Shown here piece after piece: positions 12,900 through 24,699 of a stretch of DNA of 64,000 nucleotides. The notes beneath the pieces were generated by a model that did no database searches, was not told the DNA's origin, and saw only the letters and a program-made list of their open reading frames with translations. Origin of the DNA: Laetmonice hystrix (taxonomy: Eukaryota); NCBI GenBank assembly GCA_965235115.1, contig OZ249437.1, positions 27,404,001-27,468,000 on the forward strand, given 5' to 3'. How positions within the stretch are numbered: position 1 is the stretch's first letter; the number at the start of each line of letters is the position of its first letter. Both the position numbers and the translations under genes were made by a program.

Positions 12900-13950
12900 T
12901 TTAAAAATAAAAGAAAAGATTTGATTGATTATTCATTAAAACATACGTTTAAAGCGGTACTTTTACTGTTCACACTCTTCCCGTTGCAAGTGCCAATTTG
13001 AGATAAAGTTTTCCAGCGGTAATCTATAAGTCTGGCTTGAAGCCTCTTAGCGTAGTCAGACACTGTTGGCTTCATTAGAAAGTCTGTCAATTCTGGCACT
13101 GGGTAGCGAAGTCATGCGATCAGGATGGATAGACAGGACAGACGGGCAGACAGACAGACAGACAGGCAGGATCGGCAGGGGTTGACACCACTACTGTATA
13201 ACACTAAACCCAAGTGACTAGCCCCAACTTAATGAAGCAATTCAGGGAGAATGAGAAAAGAAAAAAATCAATTCATCTAGTTTACGATTCTTAAACCCGT
13301 CGCCTAGTCGAGGGAAAGAGTAACCACCCGACCAAGTTGTAAGACCTGCCTGCGACTAAAGCCAAGTGCGCAATAAAAATAATTCTGTTTTATCGAGAGA
13401 TCTCCCGACCACATTTTAAACTGGAATTCTGGCACGTTTATCTTTTAACTGATTCACTAACGGCAACCCATATGAAGGGGTACATGTCTAAAAAAAGATT
13501 ATGTTCTAAGGAGTTATTAAAAAAATGCCACGGCGAATCGCATCTTGAGTTGACACTAATAAATTGCGCTGGGACGTGGACACAGATAAATGGTTCTTAT
13601 GTAGCAGTTCATGGCCGCAAGGATTATTTGGTCAAGCTCAAGATTTCCCACAAGGCTGGCACTGATCCATTAGGGTTGATCCATTAAGATGATCGGATTA
13701 TTTCACTTTCAGCAGAAAATGAATTTTTGACACATTCGCTGCAAGGTTCGCTTTGATTAATGTCATATGAAACTGGAGCATGTAATGAGAGAGGCTGTCA
13801 ATATCATGGTTTAAAATTGGTTATTGCCATAAAAATGTCTTCCTGTGTTGTATTGAAAAGGCTGCAGTTGAATTCCAGGCACCCGAATATCTGCGTACAT
13901 TTTTTATGACATCCAAACAGCAGTCGGTGTATACTAATTCTGTATTGACT
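12900..13950 (-). mobile_element. LINE RT relic
   Basis: Minus strand: ALWEILSL ~ LWxKL (~13640), VSTQDAIRRGIF ~ GVRQGDxLSP (~13550), RLQARL / LENFISNWHL ~ GLQ..L..YC..WxL (~13020). Confidence 0.3.
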
Positions 13951-14290
13951 CCGTGGAGCGTGTCATGTGTGAGATATGGGGCATTGATATGAAACGGCGG
14001 GGAACATGTTTTAACTTTTCAGTTGTTTGACAACATGCGCAGCTGTCGAATTAACCCGATTTACTTGGTGAGTAGCTCATCCCGAAAATTGTCTGGGCTA
14101 TCCGATTTAGGATGACGCCTGCAGAGCCTGTTCTATGGATGCGTGTGCGTGTTGGGGGAAGGAGGTGGTGATTTCCAGGTATTTACAGACATCCTGTGTC
14201 TAACCCTTCCGTGTATCCGGCAAACCGAAGCTGTTCAGTTGTCATGACAACCGGATGCCTGTGTCCGCGATACGTGAATACTGTGTTATA

Positions 14291-14304
14291 CCACGAGGTG
14301 GCGC
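14291..14304 (+). promoter_or_regulatory. CTCF-like motif
   Basis: CCACGAGGTGGCGC. Confidence 0.4.
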
Positions 14305-16020
14305 CAGGGGTGTTGTGGCCCGGTGTGGTGGCAGAGTGGTGGGTCCATGGCAGATAGTGAACGGACGCAGACCTGAACTACGGTTTACGGATATCTAACG
14401 GCCCGGCCGGCTGTGGTTGGGCCGACTCTCAGACAAGGTGAGTGTCCATCATGGGGCAACATTAAAAGTTAAGTCTAACCTAGCCTGCTTTGGTCACAGA
14501 GATAGGAGCTATTACAGGCACATCGAAATTCTCATGACATCGTACTAGTTGTGAAGGGGGTAAAGTCTCACAAACATACTAAAAGATTCTGTGTATATTT
14601 TCAACGATATCTCAAATCATGCAGAATTGTTGAAAATTAGTTTGGATCGATATTGAATCTGATATAATGATCTGCTGGTGTGAAGTACGATCCACAATGG
14701 TAGGACACTATAAAACACACGATGTACGTTCCTAGATATACACAGGATGATGTGAAATCCTCTAAACGACAGGTACGGCAGCCTTATATTTCTAGGCAGA
14801 TCTCTCCGTATAATGATAGATTTATCGGCAAGTTACAGAAGGCCAGGATTACGGGGTGAGATCGGCGTTACTCTGACGCCTGCCAAGTCCAGATGATCGC
14901 TCCCAGAGACGATTGTCTCTTACTGATTGAAACACAGTACGCCTACAGTAGAGGGCTGTTTGTAAGGACAATGATTACCTGTGTATACAACCGTCGACTG
15001 GATGACAATACCAGGCGGGATACAAAGAGAAGAATAGAAGGGTATACCAAGGCCGTATGCCAACAGGCATGAAGTGTTTTTGTTTTTCAGATCGATAAAA
15101 AAATACTAAAATACATAATCGCGGTATAAACAGTGACGGTACAGACTTTTTGTGTGGATAAATTCAGATCATTCGCATGGTAATATGGCCTGTGAGAGTG
15201 CGTATTTCTTTAATATCTCGATCGTCTCAGGTGGGAAGTACTTAGGCTGAAGCCCTAACGAACATCGGCGGTGTAGAGATCCCGTTCCGATGATAATTCA
15301 CGGAGATTAGTGACTAGTGATCTGCTAAGTATACTTAGTGGAGGACTCTTTATGTGTCTTAATTTCCGTGAATCCTCAGGGGATGGATATCTTTGTGGTC
15401 GTGTCATAATGTTCCGTCCTGCCAACTGCAGGGTTGGGTGTATATTAGGGAGGATTCATGGCTCAGGTGGGACATTTAGATTACGGCGATCATTTATCTT
15501 TTTATCCTTTCAGCTTTCGGCTATGTAAATATTGCAGGGAATTGATATGTTAGAATTCTACAGTAGGGAAACCGAGGAAGATTTAAAGAGGCAGTTTGCA
15601 AGGACTTGTGATAATTCGCAATTCTAGACTTTTTTTACCGTTTCAGTGATAATTTATCAAGACATAAGCGACAAACAATGATGTAATTATTACAATGATC
15701 CTAAATGACCAACCACTGTTTCCGGGCCAGGCCTAAAGGCCCAGGGCACACGGGACCGGAAAATAGTTTCTGAGTTTGAGAGCTCCTAGGACGGTATGGT
15801 ATTTCTTATATTCCTGACTGACAGTGTTATACGAAATTTACCTCCAAAATTATTAACGGTTTAGGATCACAGCTCGTAGAATAATTTTATCGTCTAGTAT
15901 GCGTTTAGTGCATAAATAATAGAGTAGATGAACGAAGGAAAATGTCGAGTCTGTCTTTAAAGGTTGGACATTTGGCCTTAGAGTTTCTTTTACGAACAGT
16001 TTGATATTCTACTTAATGCC

Positions 16021-16034
16021 CCCCTAGATGGCGC
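16021..16034 (+). promoter_or_regulatory. CTCF-like motif
   Basis: CCCCTAGATGGCGC(TG). Confidence 0.4.
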
Positions 16035-16419
16035 TGAGAGAACCAGCCGTTGGCCAATAGCAAACAGATCAGTCAACCTTCCAGCTGCGCCATGCGGTAT
16101 TACTGAAATCTCAAAAACCAATACCGAAAACTACAATGACCCGCTATTATTTACAGTGTGTGGAGGTAGCTGGGTGGAGCAAGACGAAGGGGATTGGAGT
16201 TAGTGGTGAGGGGTGTTTTAGTGGACTACATGGTGGTAGATTGTTGGGGATGTCAGGAATGATGGATGAGTGTGGTAGGCTAAAATGATGATGTGGACTG
16301 TGTGATCATACCTGCCGGAAAGGTGACAGGCAAGCTGTTTTACGGTTAAACCGGTCTGTGGTTTAGGTCACACGCCGGGATGGATTGTTTGTCGCCACCG
16401 GTGGAGGTAGGACAGGTGG

Positions 16420-16590
16420 CCACGGGTCTGTCTGTGTCTATCTGTCTGCCTATCTGTCTGTCTATCCTTCTGTCCGATGTGACATGGCGAAATTGCTTAT
16501 ACCCGACTAAATGGTCGGGTGACATTGTGACCGTTATCGTTGCAGACTATAATATACCCCCTGTCTGCAATAGAGGGGGAATAAATTAGT
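16420..16590 (+). mobile_element. Possible non-autonomous Helentron/DINE-1-like (HINE) remnant
   Basis: (GTCY)n-type microsatellite (16426-16475) followed by a terminal TATACCCCCT...AGGGGGAATA hairpin (16554-16584). This layout is known for HINEs; the assignment is inference. Confidence 0.35.
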
Positions 16591-17499
16591 ATAATTATAT
16601 ATAAATGAATACACCAATAAATAAACGAATAAACAAATGGATGAATGAATTGATGTATATCGTGTAGAATCGGCGAGAAAGTCGCCCGACGAGTGAATTC
16701 CAGTTTTTTTACGGACGAGAAGCCGGGAAGGTCGGCTTGGACCTGGCCGATGTGGATCTATCAACATTTGACACGGTGGCTGTGCCGTGGGGCTTTACGC
16801 CAATTAGATTGCAAACGCTATCGGTAGGTGGCGCCCTGAGCGCCTTGACGACCTCTGCCCGACTTCACCTCCGCTGCTGGGGCCGCAGCAGTGTAGGTGT
16901 CGTAGAGAATATACCGAATGGCCCCAAAATATAGGCTTTGTCAGGGTGGAAAGTACTTTTATGTATTCCTAGTTCCAGAGAAAATTGGATAAAATTTTGG
17001 CGTGTGTGTGTGTATTTTTTTTTATAAGCGTTTGAACAAAATTATTTAACAGTTTGAACGAAGGGTCGCTCATACGGAATAGAGCGTGTGGGCGATATGT
17101 CTAATTTTATTGTTTTTGAGATAATAGTATTCAAACAAGAATATAGTGGCTGATTTAGATTTCGGAGATAAGTATTTAGTGAGCTCGTCACCCCACCCCC
17201 ACCCCTTCAGTAGCCGTTATATCCTGCCCTAATTAATTGGCCACTCTCCCATTTTTATACCCCCACTCTCTGCAACGGTGAGGCGTATCAAAGATTTCAT
17301 TTCTTATTCAGTCTCTGATCCACAAATTTGACCCGGCTGATCAGTGGACTTTGCAAGTCATTCTGATATATCAGCTGGTGACAGAAAGACTTGCTGCCTC
17401 AATAAAGTCGTCCATACTCGGCCGTTTAGTCATGCAGATTGCCTCTCACCGGAATGATGGACGGAACCATTCGATTATGCAACTGGTGACTGAGCTAAT

Positions 17500-20350
17500 C
17501 AGAGGGGGGAGTTAGCATTATGGAAGAGCTACACCTCGGATCTGGTATCACCGTGGTATCTCTCCAAATACTAAGATACGGGCCAATACACACTTATCTC
17601 TCATACATATTCTGATGACCACAAAGGATCTGTATTTATTGTAGCATCAGTCCAGATTAGATGTGACGATTGATTAAGGCAAGCATAGAATAGATTTAAA
17701 ATAAAGAAGTGAGTCATTAAAAAGACCGTGTGTAACATGGTCTAATCTTATCTTGTGTAATCAGTTATTTTGATATTCTGGGAACAAAAACTTGTTCTGA
17801 TACAATCTTTGGGAGGAGTGCTGTGCGTGATATTTGAGAACGAAATATTCTGTCTCCCGAGCCTTGAATGATAGGATGTAGACGAGCGAGCGGTCGCCGA
17901 GCGTTCAAGTCCTCGGCTGAGGTCGTTATAACCCCGACGTCAGAACTCACAGTGGTGCCCAGACACGGCTGCAGATAACACACGTATCTGGGAAACAACT
18001 TAGTGGCAAACTGGAGATCTTCACAAAATGATTGAACTGAGTTCATCATATTGAATAAGGATTATTCATGTTGTCATGTTTAGTGCGAAATTACGCTCCG
18101 AGACTATTGGGCAGTACATTGAGGTACTGATCAGGTTCAGGCCTGATAATATGATACTTTCAGGCCAACTGTGATGGGTTTGAGCCAAGCACTGGTACCA
18201 AGGTCCTAACACCCAGTGGATCTCACGTAACGGGTCATGGTTCCCAAGGTCCTTGGCTGTCCTGGATACAGGCCACGGTGCTGGTAGGCAGGCACACACA
18301 CACAAACACACCCACACATAATCTTCTGTTTTGTGCTTTAGATGGTGTGGGAGAAAAAAGTAAGCTCTTCACAAATATTTGCCAGGAGTGTTTGACCATT
18401 ATGCATAATTCTGATGAGATATGGCTGATGTTACCATGGCAACACAATGGAGACCCCATCAGTGTATTGATCCGTGACATAGAACCCGATCAACATTTTT
18501 ACCTGTTATCACCTCATTTCTCTCTTGATTTTGGTCTTTGTATTACACGAAAATCATTCTAGTTGTTGGCTCAATTGTTGGTTGCTCTATACCTTAGTCA
18601 GACGGCTATTTGAAGGCCCCAAACCCGAGGTATGGTCATAACCTTCCCCTAGTTCCTGGCCACATTGAGCTCAGGTATTGATGTCTCTAAACGCCAGGTG
18701 GCGCGACTCCCAGCCAAGGAAATGAATTATTTCATGCGAAGCCTCAACACGTAGCACTTGTAGGTTGGTAAGTGCACATGCGTATGGTGGGGATAGTGGA
18801 GGTGGGGGGGGGGGGGGCGGGGCGAGGAGAACTGTACAGACTTCAGGGGTGGGGGGGGGGGGGTTAATGGATTGTCAGAGGTTGATCCACAATTTAGTGT
18901 GCACGGAATGATCACAAGTTTCTTCGATGAGGTGATTCGAGAACAGTCCGTGCAAACGAAATGTTCACGAAGGTCTCTAAGCACGTTTAGTTTGATTTGA
19001 TTACCTTTTCGATACGTCGACCCTGTTAGTAGACGCATTTCCCCATTTAGAAATTCGTCCTTCGTTGTTAGAAAAACACTGCTGTGTGTTAGGTTCTGGT
19101 GTGTGATAGCGGTTATTGTTCTGGCGATGAGCCTTAAAGTTGTATAATTGCACACACTTTGAGAATCACAAACTGATTCTGTCCAACCCGAACGATATCA
19201 TTTGAACTTACTTCACAAGGAAGTAGGCTGATACGCGGCGAATGACTCATAATAACAGTCTAAGTGCACAAGAACGGGTTGACGGTGCACGACTGACGAA
19301 TTCATGTTAATATGTCCAGATTATCGTTCTTTTCGCAGCTAAAAGGCAGGTTTTACCTTTGATAGCGTTTCTGCTTGATGTTGAAAGCGTTTGGGGAAAG
19401 TATAGGAAAATTGTCAACATTAGATGGCATTATATAACTTTAAGAATCTGTCTGATAGGCTTTTTTTTTTACAACTCCTCAATCATTTCGAGTGACATGT
19501 CTGGATAAGTACTCTGTAAGTGTTTGTTTTTGTCTGTCGCACTGTATCCGTGATGTCGGCAAGTACTGATCATTTGTCTCCAGGTGAATGATGACGGTGC
19601 CTGAATCAGACAGCAGGGCGGGATATAAATGAGGAGTTCATCCAGTCATCTATACTTGTCATGAAAACATTAGACAGAAAAGGTTTCATTCACGATCGCA
19701 GGAAGAAAAGATGCCAAAATCCAAATCTATGCCCTGCATTCTGTCAAAGAGTGTACAACATCACAGGGTTGAATGGAGGCAGCTTCTGCACCGACTTGGA
19801 GAAGAAAGCCAAGCGAGCGCAGATTGTGTGCTTTTCCTGTCAGTTATTTGATGCATTGCCGCCATGGATTCTTGATTGGTCTGCGGAAATGAAAAGGGCT
19901 CTGAGTATCTCGCTGCGGCTTCGCGAAAGTGGATTTGTCATTTCGTTGAATGTCAAGTCGAGGACACAGAGAACTACACATATATCGAAGTGTTAATACG
20001 TACAAACATTTTTAAATCCTTTCCCAGTTTCGGCTGTATAATGTATTTGATCATCGCGAATTGTGTTTTTTTCTAATATAATGATGTCTGGTCCTGATAA
20101 TAAAAGGCCGAGCTTTTTAAGCCCCGCTTGTGCTGCCCCCTAGTGATGGGGTGGGTGTTTACGCGTATTTCTATCGGCTGCGACCGCCTGACTTCACGGG
20201 GTGAAGCGGTGGTACTTAGAAAAAGTCTCAACAGCGTTTCCTTCTTTAGATTATTAGAATTGTAGAAAATGGCATACATATTCATTTCTTTTCGACAAAA
20301 TGCAGGGGATGACAAAGTATTTTCGTACTGTATCATACAAGAATATTCAG
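17500..20350 (-). mobile_element. Degenerate CR1-like LINE ORF2 (EN + RT)
   Basis: Minus strand in order: KETLL ~ ETWL (~20240), PFNP ~ GDFNxP (~19770), LLSDS ~ LSDH (~19605), NISHIS ~ NYRPIS (~18430), GPWYQCLAQ ~ GFRPGRSCLTQ (~18195), PQPRT*TLGDRSLVYI ~ PQGSVLGPLLFLVYI (~17900). Confidence 0.55.
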
Positions 20351-20987
20351 CCATCCAAACTGGGAGAGTTTCTTCAGACCATATAATTTTAACAGAAGTT
20401 GACTAACAGAAGTTGACTAAGTATCGGCACTGTAATCTTTCCGAGAATACATTGTGTGTGGCTGTGGCTTTAGATCAAAGACATGGAAGGGCTGTCATCA
20501 CTGTGTATTGAGGATGCCATGGTTGTCATTACAACGTGACAAACTCCAGTAACTCCCACTTAAAATGGTTCCGATGATGACCCTCGATGGACCGGGTATT
20601 TTCAGGTTTGGCGGGCTTTTACCGGCGAGGGGTAAATACCAGTAGCCCCCAGTGAGGAGGGTGGAAGGGGATGGGGCACGGTGGTTGAGGGCTCTGTGGC
20701 AGAATAGGATTAAATCATGAACCCATGACTAAAAATGGAAACCTGATCCTCTGCTGGAGAACGGGGATGTGATTATTGAATCATTTCTTCCGTATAGAGT
20801 GGAGGATTTACGAATGACATTGGAACAAAGCTCCTGGGCCATTATAATGCATAGTTCCTGAGCTTTATTTTAACTGACCTCCATTATTGCTTGAACTCTT
20901 AACCTTCATCTCGGAAAAAGTGCGGGTGTTCAGGTACTGAATGAATCTACATAATAATATATAAGAGCTGACAATAATTGAAGGAAC

Positions 20988-21665
20988 CCACATTTTAAAA
21001 CCATAATGTGACTTGTGTGGTGGCAGACTGAGAGGGGTTGTCCCGTATCTCAGGTAGGCTTGTGTAACAGAACTGACAACTGAATGAACCAACATTTTAA
21101 AACCATAATGTGATTTCTGTGGTGGCAGACTGAGAGGGGTTGTCCCGTATCTCAGGTAGGCTTGTGTAACAGAACTGACAACTGAACGAATCCACATTTT
21201 GAAACCATAATGTGATTTCTGTGGTGGCAGACTGAGAGGGGTTGTCCCATATCTCAGGTAGGCTTGTGTAACAGAACTGACAACTGAACGAATCCACATT
21301 TTGAAACCATAATGTGATTTCTGTGGTGGCAGACTGGGAGGGGTTGTCCCGTATCTCAGGTAGGCTTGTGTAACAGAACTGACAACTGAATGAACCAACA
21401 TTTTAAAACCATAATGTGATTTCTGTGGTGGCAGACTGGGAGGGGTTGTCCCGTATCTCAGGTTGGCTTGTGTAACAGGACTGACAACTGAACGAATCCA
21501 CATTTTAAAACCATAATGTGATTTCTGTGGTGGCAGACTGGGAGGGGTTGTCCCGTATCTCAGGTAGGCTTGTGTAACAGAACTGACAACTGAACGAATC
21601 CACATTTTAAACCATAATGTGATTTCTGTGGTGGCAGACTGAGAGGGGTTGTCCCATATCTCAGG
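20988..21665. repeat. Tandem array, 102-bp unit, ~6.6 copies
   Basis: Unit starts CCACATTTTAAAACCATAATGTG; the 34-aa periodicity is visible in ORF 20865..21605. Confidence 0.97.
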
Positions 21666-22497
21666 CAGGCATGTGGTAGAGACCAGCCACTGGAAGGTCA
21701 GGTGTCGCCGGGCGCTCAGGTAATATTTCCACCCGGTGTCACCGTTTCCTGTCGCCGGTCTACGAACTCCGGGAGCTGGGGTTTCTCTACTGTATGGGTG
21801 CTACATTCTAATGTTGTGCGCACCACCATGTCGCAACTTGAAGAGTATACATGTACCGGTATCTGGTTATTTGCTAGACATTGACCGAGCAGAGTCCTTG
21901 TGAATGAGGCTGAGCAGTTTTCTCGGATGACGCACCGTCCAGTTTCTCAATGAAGCCAAGACGTAGCAGAACGGGACCCGGCGGAGAGATTAAGAACTTA
22001 ACGGTGGACTGCCTGGACCTGACACCGCTATAGGAGGCACGGTGAACTACCCGTGTCACAAAATATCGACACACCCAGCATTGATTTCACCATATTATTC
22101 ATGTGTGTTTCATGCCCGGTCATTCCCATTGATTTCTAATCGCGTCTATTCCAGCCGCCTGAATAATTTATAACATGTAGAATTGAAGTCCGGAGACAAT
22201 TATATACCTGGGCATGTATTGAGCATTGAAGCAGCCAGAAACAGCACTAGATGTTTCTCTGATTAAGGGTAGCCAGGTTTGAGACCAGGAGATCTGGCAT
22301 GTTTGCGAAGTAATTAATGTAGGTAACAAGTGACCCAGCAAAAAACGGCCCTGAAAAGGTGAAGTCAGTGTTCAGTAGAGTGGTAAGGCAGAAATGATAC
22401 AAACTCAAGCAGTGCGTTTACCTCTGAACTGCAGTATCAGTATATCAGTATAACTTAAATATATGAATTGCGTTTACTGCGAAGGTGTATGGACTAG

Positions 22498-24147
22498 GTG
22501 TGTGCTACCAGTGATGGCCATGGGTCAGGTTTCAGATGTCCCGTGTGCGTGCTACCAGTGACGGCCATTGGTCTGGTTTCAGATGTCCCGTTGTGTGTGC
22601 TATCAGTGATGGCCATGGGTCTAACGACAGATGGCCCGTTGTGTGTGCTACCAGTGATGGCCATGGGTCTAACGACAGATGGCCCGTTGTGTGTGCTATC
22701 AGTGATGGCCATGGGTCTAACGACAGATGGCCCGTTGTGTGTGCTATCAGTGATGGCCATGGGTCTAACGACAGATGGCCCGTTGTGTGTGCTACCAGTG
22801 ATGGCCATGGGTCTAACGACAGATGGCCCGTTGTGTGTGCTACCAGTGATGGCCATGGGTCTAACGACAGATGGCCCGTTGTGTGTGCTATCAGTGATGG
22901 CCATGGGTCTAACGACAGATGGCCCGTTGTGTGTGCTATCAGTGATGGCCATGGGTCTAACGACAGATGGCCCGTTGTGTGTGCTACCAGTGATGGCCAT
23001 GGGTCAGGTTTCAGATGTCCCGTGCGTCTGCTATAAGTGATGGCCATGGGTCTGGCTTCAGATGTCCCGTGTGCGTGCTACCAGTGACGGCCATTGGTCT
23101 GGCTTCAGATGTCCCGTGTGTATGCTATCGGTGACGGCCATGGGTCTGGCTTCAGATGTCCCGTTGTGTGTATGCTATCGGTGACGGCCATGGGTCTCGT
23201 TTCAGATGTCCCGTTGTGTGTGTGCTACCAGTGATGGCCATGGGTCAGGTTTCAGATGTCCCGTTGTGTGTGCTATAAGTGATGGCCATGGGTCTGGCTT
23301 CAGATGTCCCGTTGTGTGTGTGCTACCAGTGATGGCCATGGGTCAGGTTTCAGATGTCCCGTTGTGTGTATGCTATCAGTGATGGCCATGGGTCTGGCTT
23401 CAGATGTCCCGTTGTGTGTGTGCTACCAGTGATGGCCATGGGTCTAACGACAGATGGCCCGTTGTGTGTATGCTATCGGTGATGGCCATGGGTCAGGTTT
23501 CAGATGTCCCGTGTGTATGCTATCGGTGATGGCCATGGGTCTGGCTTCAGATGTCCCGTGTCTGTGCTTTCAGTGATGGCCATGGGTCTAACGACAGATG
23601 TCCCGTGTGTGTGCTACCAGTGATGGCCATGGGTCTAACGACAGATGTCCCGTTGTGTGTGCTACCAGTGATGGCCATGGGTCTAACGACAGATGTCCCG
23701 TGTGTGTGCTACCAGTGATGGCCATGGGTCTAACGACAGATGTCCCGTTGTGTGTGTGCTATCGGTGATGGCCATGGGTCTGGTTTCAGATGTCCCGTGT
23801 GAGTGTGCTATAAGACTGGATGGCCATGGGTCTGATTTCAGATGTCCCGTTGTGTGTATGCTATCGGTGACGGCCATGGGTCTGGCTTCAGATGTCCCGT
23901 GTGTGCTACCAGTGATGGCCATGGGTCTAACGACAGATGTCCCGTTGTGTGTATGCTATCGGTGATGGCCATAGGTCTGGTTTCAGATGTCCCGTGTGTG
24001 TGTGCTATAAGACTTGATGGCCATGGGTCTGGTTTCAGATGTCCCGTGTGTGTGTGCTATAAGACTGGATGGCCATGGGTCTGGTTTCAGATGTCCCGTT
24101 GTGTGTATGCTATCGGTGATGGCCATGGGTTTGACTGCAGATGTCCC
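22498..24147. repeat. Tandem array, ~46-50-bp unit (48 bp modal), ~34 copies, two interleaved variants
   Basis: Core GTGCTA(C/T)CAGTGATGGCCATGGGTC followed by either TAACGACAGATG(G/T)CCCG or (A/T)GG(T/C)TTCAGATGTCCCG. Confidence 0.97.
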
Positions 24148-24699
24148 CTCTCGAGAATCAATAAGTTCTGTTAGAAAGGCACACGATAACCACCTGTGGT
24201 CAGCAGCCAACCGGGCTCAGTCAATCAATACGATGATCCCCAGTTGTTAAACACCTTTGCCAGGAAGCACTAATCGTGGTTTCATTGTGTGTGCCACATT
24301 GAATCGCCGTGCACAATTGATCCTGGATGTTCCCATCGTCTGTATAATGGATCAACTCGAGCGGGTACTCTACAATAGCCTTCCTATTATTCTAAGTGGA
24401 AACCCCAACAAAGGAGACGTTTTCCAGAGTTGGAGACCCAACATCAACCAACGGTCTGATGACATTTAGGTTGAGACCTTGATCCGGCTATTTTATGCTA
24501 GAGATAGTCGGGCTCCAAGGACATTATCAAGATTGGATCCCTGCCATGCATCCTAGTCTCCGCTCTCACCTGGCAGAGTTTCATATTAACAGAAGGTGGA
24601 GATCGTACTGGCATCCCAGTAGTCGGCTTACTATTATATAATACAGGCGGTCTGGCCTGCCATGTGGGCTTGACACGGGCCTAGAGAAATGTTGCGTTA

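Larger units (their letters stand above)
20500..24640 (+). mobile_element. Degenerate Ngaro/DIRS-like tyrosine-recombinase retrotransposon, copy 1, split by two tandem arrays
   Basis: GGFTNDI ~ GxSVNDxI (~20810); QPLEGQVSPGAQVIFPPGV ~ GxPLAxEK..GP..IxFLG (~21700); VFSDDA ~ LFTDAS (~21925); MPGHSH ~ HIPGxxN (~22115). The YR tail GH..KIG..RRWRS ~ GHSFRIG..GRWxS lies at ~24520-24610. Confidence 0.5.

Noticed and set aside
19661-19996. 111-aa ORF with CFSCQLF, hinting at a zinc finger
   Set aside because: It is antisense to the CR1 endonuclease relic and lacks the remaining ligands.
20865-21605. 246-aa minus-strand ORF
   Set aside because: It results from a 102-bp (34-codon) tandem unit lacking stops in one frame; it has no domain likeness.
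22494-24250. Several 70-180-aa ORFs on both strands
   Set aside because: All follow the 48-bp repeat period.
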